NCBI GenBank assembly: GCA_045641025.1
Contig: JAZUGD010000018.1
Span: 1 to 30,811, forward strand
Reading direction: 5' to 3'
Source of the DNA: Eubacteriales bacterium
GTDB lineage: Bacteria; Bacillota; Clostridia; Oscillospirales; CAG-272
DNA length: 30,811 nucleotides
Of this stretch, positions 1-8,252 are shown in pieces. Numbering within the stretch: position 1 is the stretch's first letter; each line of letters opens with the position of its first letter. Made by a program: the position numbers and the translations under genes. The notes beneath the pieces were generated by a model, which saw nothing but the letters and a program-made list of their open reading frames with translations, was not told where the DNA came from and ran no database searches.

Positions 1-129
1 CATCGCGCCATAGAACATCTGAACGATGAGAATGGCTATGAAGAAGAACACATACTGCTTGAAATTGAAGAAGATGGTTTTTCTCGCAATGGTCAGACTT
101 CTCTTGAGATACTCGAATAATCTTTCCAA
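1..129 (-). CDS. N-terminal part of a membrane protein running off the window (possibly an ABC transporter permease)
   Basis: Not in the ORF track. Minus frame reads (TTG at 129) MERLFEYLKRSLTIARKTIFFNFKQYVFFFIAILIVQMFYGAM, a basic amphipathic start followed by a hydrophobic helix, typical of FtsX-like permease N-termini. Start codon and product are uncertain. Confidence 0.5.
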   Translation of the reverse strand, partial: MERLFEYLKRSLTIARKTIFFNFKQYVFFFIAILIVQMFYGAM

Positions 130-184
130 ATCCGAATACAGACCGCGAAGGGCGGTCCTGCCCTTCCTTTCATATTATTTTTAT

Positions 185-205
185 AAAACACGGTGGGGAA
201 CCGTG
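185..205 (-). terminator. Probable intrinsic terminator after recR
   Basis: Minus strand CACGGT-TCCCC-ACCGTG followed by TTTT, about 10 nt after the recR stop. Confidence 0.55.
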
Positions 206-214
206 AAATATACG

Positions 215-826
215 TTATGATTCCGATAAGTCGTAACGCCCCTCGAGCGCGCGTCTCATCGTAATTTCGTCGGCGTACTCAATGTCGCCGCCTACGGGAA
301 CGCCGTTTGCGATTCTCGTGACGCGGATGCCGAGCGGGGATATGAGGCGCGAGAGATACATCGCCGTCGTCTCACCCTCTACCGTCGGGTTCGTCGCAAG
401 AATAACCTCGTTCACCTCGCCGTCCTTAAGACGGGGAAGCAAATCCTTAATCGTAAGCTCGTCGGGACCGACGCCGCTCATCGGAGATATCGCTCCGTGA
501 AGCACGTGGTACAGCCCGCGGTATCCGTGAGTACGCTCGATTGCGGTAACCGCCTTGAAATCCTCAACCACACAAATGGTCGAGCGGTCTCTCTCACCGT
601 CCTCACATACGGGGCAGAGAGAGCCGGCGGCGGAGACGTTCTTGCATACCGGGCAGAAGCCGAGCTCGTTCTTTACCGCAAGAAGCGCGTCCGAGAACGT
701 CTGCACGTCGCCGTCGTCCATTTCGAGAACGGAGAACGCCATGCGCAGTGCGGTTTTTCTGCCGATACCGTTCAGTCTGCGGAAGCAGTCCGCGAGTCTT
801 TCAATCTGTTCTATGTACTCCGCCAT
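215..826 (-). CDS. recR: Recombination mediator RecR
   Basis: HhH motif LNGIGRKTALR, C4 zinc finger (CPVC...CPVC), Toprim EVILATNPTVEGETTA, C-terminal GGDIEYADEITM; canonical dnaX-ybaB-recR synteny. Confidence 0.98.
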   Translation of the reverse strand: MAEYIEQIERLADCFRRLNGIGRKTALRMAFSVLEMDDGDVQTFSDALLAVKNELGFCPVCKNVSAAGSLCPVCEDGERDRSTICVVEDFKAVTAIERTHGYRGLYHVLHGAISPMSGVGPDELTIKDLLPRLKDGEVNEVILATNPTVEGETTAMYLSRLISPLGIRVTRIANGVPVGGDIEYADEITMRRALEGRYDLSES

Positions 827-1173
827 CAGAAAAGTCCGGGCATACTAAGCGCGCCCGTGATTTTACCCATTTCCTCGGAGTTCGTGTCGTTTACGGTTTT
901 GATAGCCTCGTTTACGCCCGCTACGAGAACGTCGGAGAGGGTTTCAACGTCGTCGGGGTCGACGAGAGCGGGGTCTATGTCGATGCCGAGAATTTCAAGC
1001 GTGCCTTTTATACGAACGGAAACGGCACCGCCGCCCGCCTTGATTTCATATTCCTTTTCGTCGAGCTCATCCTTGAGCGTCGCCATGTCTTCCTGCATTT
1101 TCTGAGCCTGACGGAGCATGCCGTTCATGTCGGTCGGTCCGCCGCCCATTCCCTTGGGTAATCTTGCTTTCAT
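826..1173 (-). CDS. ybaB: YbaB/EbfC family nucleoid-associated protein
   Basis: MNGMLRQAQKMQ...AGGGAVSV...DPDDVETLSDVLVAGVNEA; located between dnaX and recR; stop overlaps the recR start. Confidence 0.96.
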   Translation of the reverse strand: MKARLPKGMGGGPTDMNGMLRQAQKMQEDMATLKDELDEKEYEIKAGGGAVSVRIKGTLEILGIDIDPALVDPDDVETLSDVLVAGVNEAIKTVNDTNSEEMGKITGALSMPGLF

Positions 1174-1216
1174 CGTAAACCTGCCTTATATAAATGAATG
1201 AATAAGTTGTTATGCA

Positions 1217-1245
1217 AATGTAAAATACAGTTATGCGTTTGTCAA
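1217..1245 (-). promoter_or_regulatory. Probable internal sigma-A promoter for ybaB-recR
   Basis: TTGACA (1245-1240, overlapping the dnaX TGA), 17 nt, TACATT (1222-1217). Confidence 0.5.
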
Positions 1246-2807
1246 ATAAGCTCGTCGAGCGGGTCCGACGGCGGTGCCTTCTTCTGCGGAGCACCTACCG
1301 TTATCTCGGGAAGAGCAGAGCACTTGCCGGAGAGCAGAAGCGCCTCCGCTACCGCACGGAGAATGTTCGGGCGGTCTATCATCATCTTGCCGAACTGACT
1401 GCCGGGGATGATTTTCACGCGTTTGCCGTCCGCCGATACGTAAACGGATGAATCGGTAATGAAGCCCGCGGCCTCGGGGCTGCTCGTCTGCAGCTTGTCA
1501 AGCACCGCGCCGAGGTCGTCGAGATACGTCTCTCCGTCCAAGGGAGTCACGGTGACGGGCGCGGGAACAGCCTCTGCGGGAGTCTCCGCAGGTGCTTTCT
1601 CTTTCGGCTCCTCGTGAACCGGAGCGGGAGCGGGTGTCACCGGTGCGGCACCGAATTCCATAAGCTTTACCTTGTCCTCAAGCGCCGATACTCTTGCCGT
1701 AAGAGACGCGGCGGTGGTGCTGAGCGACGGGTCGCACAGACGTACGAGCGTAACCTCCGCGTTCAGTCTCTTGGTTTGGGGAGACTGAAGCATCGTTCTG
1801 TACGCGTCGTCCATCGCGCCGAGCTGATATACGAGAGCGGCAACGGAAAACTCCGAAGCGGCACCCGAGAGAAGCGCGGCGTCCGGCTCGGTCAGGTCAA
1901 GATAACTCTTGAAGTCCGTGGTGTATTTCGATACGAGCATGTCCTTCCAGAAAGAGATAAGCTCCTGCCAGAACACGCTTACGTCCTTCGATGATTCAAC
2001 AACCGTCTTAACTGCGGCGAAAATCGACGATATATCGCGCTTTGCAACCGCGTGAGCAACGGCGGCAACGGCATCGTACCCGGTCTGTCCGAGTATCTTC
2101 TGCGCCTTCTCGTCGTCTACCGAGGCACCTCCTCCGGCACAAAGCTCAAGGAGGCTGATGGCGTCGCGCATACCGCCCTCTGCGGCTTTCGCGATGCGTG
2201 CGGCGGCGTCATCGGTGAGCGAAATGTTTTCGCAATCCGAAATATATTTGAGTCTCGATACGATTTCACCGACACCGATGCGCCTGAAATCGAATCTCTG
2301 ACATCTTGATACTATGGTAACGGGGAGCTTGTGCATCTCCGTGGTCGCGAGGATGAAAAGCACGTGCTCCGGCGGCTCCTCGAGCGTTTTAAGCAGAGCG
2401 TTGAACGCCGAGCCCGAAAGCATGTGTACCTCGTCGATGATATATACTCTCCGCCTCAGCATAACGGGAGGATACGTGACCTCGTCGCGCAGCTCGCGGA
2501 TATAGTCAACGCCGTTGTTCGAGGCGGCGTCCATTTCCACAACGTCGGTAGCGATGCCGCTGTCAATCGCGCGGCACGCCTCGCACTCACCGCACGGCTC
2601 TCCGTCAACGGGGGAGAGGCAGTTTGCGGCCTTTGCGAGAATTTTCGCGGCGGAGGTTTTTCCCGTTCCGCGGGAACCGCAGAAGAGATATGCGTGAGAG
2701 AGACGCTCGTTTGCCACCTCGTACTTAAGAACGGAGGTGACGTGCTCCTGACCGCACATATCACGGAAGACAGAGGGACGGTATTTACGGTAAAGCGCGA
2801 GATGCAT
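1242..2807 (-). CDS. dnaX: DNA polymerase III subunit gamma/tau
   Basis: Start at MHLALYRKYRP (ATG 2807); Walker A GSRGTGKT, zinc module CLSPVDGEPCGECEAC, DAASNNGVD, IIDEVHML, SRC motif. The extra 70 aa in the ORF track overlap the SRP RNA. Confidence 0.98.
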   Translation of the reverse strand: MHLALYRKYRPSVFRDMCGQEHVTSVLKYEVANERLSHAYLFCGSRGTGKTSAAKILAKAANCLSPVDGEPCGECEACRAIDSGIATDVVEMDAASNNGVDYIRELRDEVTYPPVMLRRRVYIIDEVHMLSGSAFNALLKTLEEPPEHVLFILATTEMHKLPVTIVSRCQRFDFRRIGVGEIVSRLKYISDCENISLTDDAAARIAKAAEGGMRDAISLLELCAGGGASVDDEKAQKILGQTGYDAVAAVAHAVAKRDISSIFAAVKTVVESSKDVSVFWQELISFWKDMLVSKYTTDFKSYLDLTEPDAALLSGAASEFSVAALVYQLGAMDDAYRTMLQSPQTKRLNAEVTLVRLCDPSLSTTAASLTARVSALEDKVKLMEFGAAPVTPAPAPVHEEPKEKAPAETPAEAVPAPVTVTPLDGETYLDDLGAVLDKLQTSSPEAAGFITDSSVYVSADGKRVKIIPGSQFGKMMIDRPNILRAVAEALLLSGKCSALPEITVGAPQKKAPPSDPLDELI

Positions 2808-2852
2808 GAATATCGAACCTGCCTTTCGTGGAATTTCAGCCGACGGAAAAAC

Positions 2853-3127
2853 AAGACCATACACCCGAAGTTCGAACGAACGTTTCCACGCGCTCTCTCC
2901 GCAAGACGCTCCGGACAGGCAACCCTGCGGCACATCGCCGTATCCGCTTAATGCTGCTTGGTTCCCCACCTGACATGGTTCACGGACGACAATCGCGCAA
3001 GACCCATCCTTCATCACGAATTAACGAAGCGCTGACGTACAAACGACGCCCTCGCTCCGGGATACCACCCCTGCTGTAGCGGACTGCAGGTACAGGGAAC
3101 CGCTGCCTCCCCGGCTGGTATGGCCTT
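2853..3127 (-). ncRNA. ffs: Bacterial large signal recognition particle RNA (scRNA, with Alu domain)
   Basis: Minus strand has the Alu-type 5' part GCCGGGGAGGCAGCGGTTCCCTGTACCTGCAGTCCGCTACAGCAGGG and the helix-8 core GTGAACCATGTCAGGTGGGGAACCAAGCAGCATTAAG, closely resembling B. subtilis scRNA. Terminal stem AAACAAGGCCATAC (3131-3118) pairs with GTATGGTCTTGTTT (2862-2849). Canonical position upstream of dnaX. Ends are approximate. Confidence 0.95.
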
Positions 3128-3168
3128 GTTTATACGTCGGCATAGATAGCCGACATACTCCACCGATA

Positions 3169-3197
3169 ATTTTAGCACATAATTTCCCCGTTTGCAA
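3169..3197 (-). promoter_or_regulatory. Sigma-A promoter of the SRP RNA (and probably dnaX)
   Basis: TTGCAA (3197-3192), 17 nt, TGc-TAAAAT (3174-3169). Confidence 0.75.
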
Positions 3198-3262
3198 GGG
3201 GTTGCACGCCATAATTCACGGCTCGTCGAAAAAAGTTAACAAGTTACGGAAAATGAGCAAAT

Positions 3263-3640
3263 TTACTTCCGTGAGGCGCGTTTGCGTAAGAGTCCGACTG
3301 CACTTGATGTTCCGGCGATGATGAGGAACACCGCGAACACGCGCCGCACGGCACCCGCACCGAGAAATTCTCCCGCAAGCACCCCGAGGTACGAGCCGCC
3401 GATTGCAAGAAGCGCACACGCGGACGTCATTTTTATATCAAGATTCCTTTTGTATCTGTGGATGAAAAGCGAGGCGGAGGAGGAGAAAACGAAAAACAAA
3501 AGATTGCACCCCTGCGCGGAAAGCTGACCGAGCCCGCGCACGGCGGTCAGATAAATCACGAGGAGTCCGCCGCTCCCGATTCCCATTCCGGACAGCGTAC
3601 CTATCACGAGTGCCGTCGCCGCGTCAATAAGATAAGTCAT
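3263..3640 (-). CDS. TauE/SafE (TSUP) family transporter, half-size (125 aa)
   Basis: About 4 hydrophobic helices; Gly-rich signature GTLSGMGIGSGG; C-terminal VRRVFAVFLIIAG typical of TSUP repeat units. Confidence 0.8.
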   Translation of the reverse strand: MTYLIDAATALVIGTLSGMGIGSGGLLVIYLTAVRGLGQLSAQGCNLLFFVFSSSASLFIHRYKRNLDIKMTSACALLAIGGSYLGVLAGEFLGAGAVRRVFAVFLIIAGTSSAVGLLRKRASRK

Positions 3641-3745
3641 GGTAAACTGAGCATTCCTTTCGGCACTTCGTGTCTGAAGGCACGAACGTGCGGAGTGAAA
3701 TAACGGTATTTCAAATAAGGTTTATTCGGATGTTTCACACAGACC

Positions 3746-4147
3746 TCACGCGATAAGCATTCTGAAGCCCGAGAAGAGCAGTATTGCCGTAAAGAACGCG
3801 CGCAGCACGTCCGTGTTCAGCCTGTCCGACAGATATGCGCCGGCGATACCGGCCGCAAGTGCGGGGATAAGCATGACGGTCACCTCGTCAAGGCTCACGT
3901 TGCCCCGTGCGGCGTACGTAAGGGCTGAGACGAGCGACGTGGGCAGAATGACCGCAATAACCGATGCAAAGGCATCCTTCTCGCTTGAGGAAACGCCGTC
4001 TGCACGGCTTTTTACAAGCCGCCTGAAGGCATAGAACATAATGACTCCGCCTCCCGTGCCGATAAGACCGTTCATGAATCCCGCAAGCACGGCGGCACCG
4101 AGAAGGGCGGCAGTCCCCGCGTAACGTACGGCGGCGCCTTTTTTCAT
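3746..4147 (-). CDS. TauE/SafE (TSUP) family transporter, half-size (133 aa)
   Basis: Start MKKGAAV (ATG 4147, SD GGGAGG); AGFMNGLIGTGGG signature, PTSLVSA, GIAGAYLSDRL...LRAFF. Confidence 0.8.
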   Translation of the reverse strand: MKKGAAVRYAGTAALLGAAVLAGFMNGLIGTGGGVIMFYAFRRLVKSRADGVSSSEKDAFASVIAVILPTSLVSALTYAARGNVSLDEVTVMLIPALAAGIAGAYLSDRLNTDVLRAFFTAILLFSGFRMLIA

Positions 4148-4188
4148 AAATACCTCCCGAATCTTTTTCACTACATTATAAATAAATA

Positions 4189-4217
4189 TTGCCAAAACCC
4201 GTAAAGTGTGATAAAAT
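4189..4217 (+). promoter_or_regulatory. Sigma-A promoter for the ftsK operon
   Basis: TTGCCA (4189-4194), 17 nt, TGa-TAAAAT (4212-4217). Confidence 0.7.
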
Positions 4218-4325
4218 AGATAGGTAATACATAATGGTAAGTCTGTTTGTGCGGGACATTCCGCACCTGACTTTGAAATAATTATTCCCATGCGGAATAC
4301 AGAGATACGCAAAACGGAGGCGTCA

Positions 4326-6986
4326 ATGGCACAGAAAAAATCCGGAGGCGGAAAAAGCACAGCCGCACGCAAGGAAAAATTCAAGGTAACAAACAAAAAG
4401 AAGAAGAGCGGCGGCCGCACGGCGGGCGAGGTACGCGAAACGCGCAGAGAAAGCGCGGGCGCGCTCGTCGCACCGTATATCATCGGGCTTTTTGCGCTTC
4501 TTCTCGGTATATTCATTTACGCACAGCCTTATTCGGGAGTCGTCGGCGGCGCGATAGGCGCGTTCTTCAAGGGCGTCTTCTCGATAGGTGCGTTCTTCAT
4601 TCCGCCCGTGCTCCTCGTGCTCGCTCTCCGCGTGAGAAGCGACATTGAGGAAGGGCTCCGCGCTCTCCGCACGGTGTTCGGTATACTCATAATAATCCTT
4701 CTCTCGATGCTGCTCCATCTGTGGACGGGCGGCAAGCACGTGCTTGAGGCGGCGGTTCACTATGCGGACGGTAAGCTTCTCGTCGGCGGCGGTGTCGTCG
4801 GCGGTGTGCTCGGCGAACTGCTCTACAAGGGAATCAGAGTAGGCATGCCGATAATCGCGGTAATCGGGCTTATCGTGCTCATACCGCTTTTCGTCGGAAT
4901 ATCTCCGAGAAGCGTAGTCGCGTTCGTGACCGACAAGGCGGGCGAGGCTAAGGAAAGACGCGAAATAGAGGCTGAGGAGAACAGACTTCTCCGCGAGGAC
5001 AGACGTGCGCAGAGAGAAGCCGAGAGGGCGGAAAGATACGCCCGCGAGGCTGAGGCGCGTCCGGGCAGACAGATAGCGCTCGATGAGGAACCCGTACGTC
5101 CGAGACGAAACAGAAGCGACAAATACGTAGCCGACGTTCCGATGCCGGACGGCGACAAATACGAGGACGTGGCACCCGAGGTCGATCAGTCTCTCTTCGG
5201 ACGTGAGCCCGAAGAGGAAGAAGAGGAAGACGCACTCGACGGACGTCTTTCGGAGAAAATCGACGCATTTGACGAGAGCGACGAGGTCGTACCCGAAAAG
5301 GAGCCCGCGGTTGCGGAAAACCCGACTCCCGACCTCAAAAAGATATTTACCGAGCCCGCTGCGGGCGCCGACATAGACAAGCTCTGCGAGGATGCGGCAG
5401 GCGAGGACGCCTCCGCCGAGACGGAGTTTGAGGTTGTCAGAGAGCCCGTGCAGGAGAAAAAGCCGACTCTTAAGCCCGCACCCGAAAAACCGACGGAGCC
5501 GAAATACAAATTCCCGCCCATCGACCTTCTTATCGAGGATACCTCAAAGAAGGATCCGGGCGTCAAGGAAGAACTCAAGGAGAACGCCGCCAAACTCGTT
5601 GAAACCCTCGCAAGCTTCAACGTAAAGGCGAACGTCGTTGCAATATCCCGCGGACCTACGATTACGAGATACGAGCTCGAGCCCGAGCTCGGCACGAGAG
5701 TCCGCAACATTACGAACCTTATCGACGATATATCTCTCGCATTCGCGTCGAGCGGCGTCAGAGTCGAGCCCGTACCGGGTAAATCCGCCGTCGGCGTCGA
5801 GGTGCCGAACAAATCCTCCTCCGTCGTAAGACTGCGTACCCTCATCTCCGACAGCCGCTTCAAGAACTCTTCAAGCAAGCTTACCGTCGGTCTCGGTGAG
5901 GACGTTGCGGGCGACGCAATGTATACCGATATCGCCAAGATGCCGCATATGCTTATCGCAGGTACCACCGGCTCCGGTAAATCGGTGTGCATCAACTGCA
6001 TGCTCATAAGCCTGCTTTACAAGTCGACTCCCGACGAGGTAAAGTTCATCCTCATCGACCCCAAGAAGGTCGAATTCAACGTATACAACAGCCTGCCTCA
6101 TCTGCTCGTTCCCGTAGTCAGTGACCCCAAGAAGGCGGCGGGTGCACTCTCGTGGGCGGTATCCGAAATGGAGCGCCGCTTCGGACTTATCGAGAGAATG
6201 GGAGTGCGCGACCTCGAGCATTACAACGCGGCGGCAAAACTGCAGCCGGGATGCGAAATTCTCCCGCAGATAGTCATAGTAATAGACGAGCTTGCAGACC
6301 TCATGATGACCGCGCGCGACAGTGTCGAGGCATCCATCTGCCGTATCGCGCAGAAGGCGAGAGCCGCGGGTATGCACCTCGTAATCGGTACGCAGAGACC
6401 GTCCGTCGACGTCATCACCGGTCTTATCAAGTCGAACGTGCCGTCACGTATAGCGTTCACCGTAGTATCGCAGGTTGACTCGCGTACGGTTATCGACCGT
6501 GCGGGAGCGGAGCGCCTTATCGGACGCGGCGATATGCTTTATAACCCCGTCGGCGCACCGAAGCCCATGCGTGTGCAGGGCGCGTTCATCAGCGACGCGG
6601 AAATCGACGCGGTTGTCGAGTTCATCAAGAACAGCGGCGTGAGCGCCGGATACAGCGACGAGGTCATCGCGCAGATTGACCGCGAGGCAGAGCAGTGCGC
6701 TCCTCAGAAGAAGCGTGCGGGCGGCGACGACGATTCACCCTCCGAGGGCGGAGGAGACGAGGACGCTCTCTTTACGAAGGCGCTCGAAATCGCCGTAGAC
6801 GCGAGAAAGATATCGACCTCGCTGCTTCAGCGTAAGATGTCCGTCGGTTACGGCAGAGCGGCAAAAATCATCGACATGATGGAAAGCCGCGGATACATAT
6901 CGGCGCAGGACGGTCAGAAGCCGAGAGAGGTTCTCATTACGAGAGAACAGTTCCTCGAAATGTCCGTTCGCGGCGATGATGAATGA
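4326..6986 (+). CDS. ftsK: DNA translocase FtsK/SpoIIIE
   Basis: ATG 4326 with GGAGG SD; N-terminal TM domain, acidic linker, Walker A GTTGSGKS, IIIDELADLM-like Walker B, GTQRPSVDVITG, gamma domain STSLLQRKMSVGYGRAAKII. Confidence 0.97.
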   Translation: MAQKKSGGGKSTAARKEKFKVTNKKKKSGGRTAGEVRETRRESAGALVAPYIIGLFALLLGIFIYAQPYSGVVGGAIGAFFKGVFSIGAFFIPPVLLVLALRVRSDIEEGLRALRTVFGILIIILLSMLLHLWTGGKHVLEAAVHYADGKLLVGGGVVGGVLGELLYKGIRVGMPIIAVIGLIVLIPLFVGISPRSVVAFVTDKAGEAKERREIEAEENRLLREDRRAQREAERAERYAREAEARPGRQIALDEEPVRPRRNRSDKYVADVPMPDGDKYEDVAPEVDQSLFGREPEEEEEEDALDGRLSEKIDAFDESDEVVPEKEPAVAENPTPDLKKIFTEPAAGADIDKLCEDAAGEDASAETEFEVVREPVQEKKPTLKPAPEKPTEPKYKFPPIDLLIEDTSKKDPGVKEELKENAAKLVETLASFNVKANVVAISRGPTITRYELEPELGTRVRNITNLIDDISLAFASSGVRVEPVPGKSAVGVEVPNKSSSVVRLRTLISDSRFKNSSSKLTVGLGEDVAGDAMYTDIAKMPHMLIAGTTGSGKSVCINCMLISLLYKSTPDEVKFILIDPKKVEFNVYNSLPHLLVPVVSDPKKAAGALSWAVSEMERRFGLIERMGVRDLEHYNAAAKLQPGCEILPQIVIVIDELADLMMTARDSVEASICRIAQKARAAGMHLVIGTQRPSVDVITGLIKSNVPSRIAFTVVSQVDSRTVIDRAGAERLIGRGDMLYNPVGAPKPMRVQGAFISDAEIDAVVEFIKNSGVSAGYSDEVIAQIDREAEQCAPQKKRAGGDDDSPSEGGGDEDALFTKALEIAVDARKISTSLLQRKMSVGYGRAAKIIDMMESRGYISAQDGQKPREVLITREQFLEMSVRGDDE

Positions 6987-7002
6987 AAGGAATGAGCGTA
7001 CT

Positions 7003-7695
7003 TTGGGTAAACTTATAGCAATAGAAGGGCTCGACGGCTCGGGCAAGGAAACGCAAAGCAAGCTTCTGCTCGAGGCGCTGACGGCGTCGGGAGTGAAAGC
7101 GGTCTGCATCAGCTTCCCCGATTACGAAAGCAAATCGTCGGAGCCCGTAAAGATGTATCTGTCAGGCGAGCTCGGCACATCACCGGGTGACACGGGCGCG
7201 TACGCCGCCTCGTCGCTTTTCGCAGTCGACCGGCTCGTCGCGTTCAGAACGAAACATAAAGATATTGCCGCCCACCCCGATACGGTGATTATAGCAAACC
7301 GTTACACTACAGCGAACGCATATCATCAGCTCTCAAAGCTTCCCGAGAGCGAGTGGGACGCCTTCCTTGCGTGGCTGTGGGACTTTGAGTTCGGAAAGCT
7401 CGGACTCCCCGAGCCCGCGGGAACGGTAATGCTCTCGCTTTCTCCCGAAATTTCAGCCCGCCTTATAGAGAAGCGGTGCGAGCAAAACGGGATCGTAAAA
7501 GATATTCACGAGGCGGATATGGATTATCTCGCGTCGTGCCGCCGTGCGTCGGCTTACGTGTCCGAAAAGATGAACTGGACCGTGATAGACTGCGGTGACG
7601 GAAACGGAGAAATCCGTTCAAGAGAAGAAATTCACAAGGACGTATGCCGTGCGGCGTCGAAAGTTCTCGGTGTCACGGTATCGCCCGTAAGATAA
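7003..7695 (+). CDS. tmk: Thymidylate kinase / deoxynucleoside kinase family protein
   Basis: P-loop IAIEGLDGSGKETQ, ISFPDY, (D/N)RYTT motif, KDIHE. TTG start at 7003 preferred; ATG at 6976 or 6979 is possible. Confidence 0.88.
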   Translation: MGKLIAIEGLDGSGKETQSKLLLEALTASGVKAVCISFPDYESKSSEPVKMYLSGELGTSPGDTGAYAASSLFAVDRLVAFRTKHKDIAAHPDTVIIANRYTTANAYHQLSKLPESEWDAFLAWLWDFEFGKLGLPEPAGTVMLSLSPEISARLIEKRCEQNGIVKDIHEADMDYLASCRRASAYVSEKMNWTVIDCGDGNGEIRSREEIHKDVCRAASKVLGVTVSPVR

Positions 7696-7707
7696 AAGGA
7701 GTTTAAT

Positions 7708-8250
7708 ATGGTACTCGTATTTCTTGCAGAAGGTTTTGAAGAGATTGAGGCGCTTACCGCCGTCGATCTCCTGAGACGTGAAAAAATCGACGTCCGCCTT
7801 GTCGGAGTCGGAGCAGAAACCGTAACCGGTGCTCACGGCATCAAGGTAGTAACCGACGTGAAGGAAGAGGACGTTTCCGCTCTTCTCCCCGACGTTGAGA
7901 TGGTAGTGCTTCCCGGCGGTATGCCCGGCACTCTTAATCTCGGAGCATCCGAGACCGTTAAGAACGCCGTTTCCGCGACTGCGGAAAAGGGCGGCTTTGT
8001 CTGCGCTATCTGCGCCGCCCCCTCCGTGCTCGGAGACATGGGACTGCTCGACGGCAGAATGGCTACCTGCTTCCCGGGATATGAGGACAGACTTAAGGGC
8101 GCGCAGACCTACGATTGCGACGTTATAAGGGACGGCGAGTTCATCACCGGACGCGCCATGGGAAGTGCAACCGAGTTCGCTCTCGAACTCGTCGGCGCAC
8201 TCAAGGGCGACGATGAGGCGGAGCGTCTCCGCGAAGCCATCATCGCCTGA
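7708..8250 (+). CDS. DJ-1/PfpI family (YajL/ThiJ-like) glyoxalase/deglycase
   Basis: GFEEIEA (catalytic Glu), LPGGMPG, AICAAP (catalytic Cys), TCFPG. Confidence 0.93.
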   Translation: MVLVFLAEGFEEIEALTAVDLLRREKIDVRLVGVGAETVTGAHGIKVVTDVKEEDVSALLPDVEMVVLPGGMPGTLNLGASETVKNAVSATAEKGGFVCAICAAPSVLGDMGLLDGRMATCFPGYEDRLKGAQTYDCDVIRDGEFITGRAMGSATEFALELVGALKGDDEAERLREAIIA

Positions 8251-8252
8251 CT

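Noticed and set aside
26-220. 64-aa plus-strand ORF
   Set aside because: No recognisable features; the minus strand gives a more protein-like membrane N-terminus co-oriented with recR.
1242-2807. E. coli-type dnaX -1 frameshift signal
   Set aside because: I did not see an A AAA AAG slippery site in the coding strand (visual scan only).
2873-2886. LexA box upstream of dnaX (CGAAC-GAAC-GTTTC)
   Set aside because: Right half is imperfect, it lies inside the SRP RNA stem, and no promoter is nearby.
2808-3017. 70-aa N-terminal extension of DnaX in the ORF track
   Set aside because: It overlaps the SRP RNA; the family N-terminus begins at ATG 2807.
3172-3198. CIRCE (HrcA) element over the SRP promoter
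   Set aside because: Only 12/18 match, and the matching bases are largely the -10 and -35 boxes themselves.
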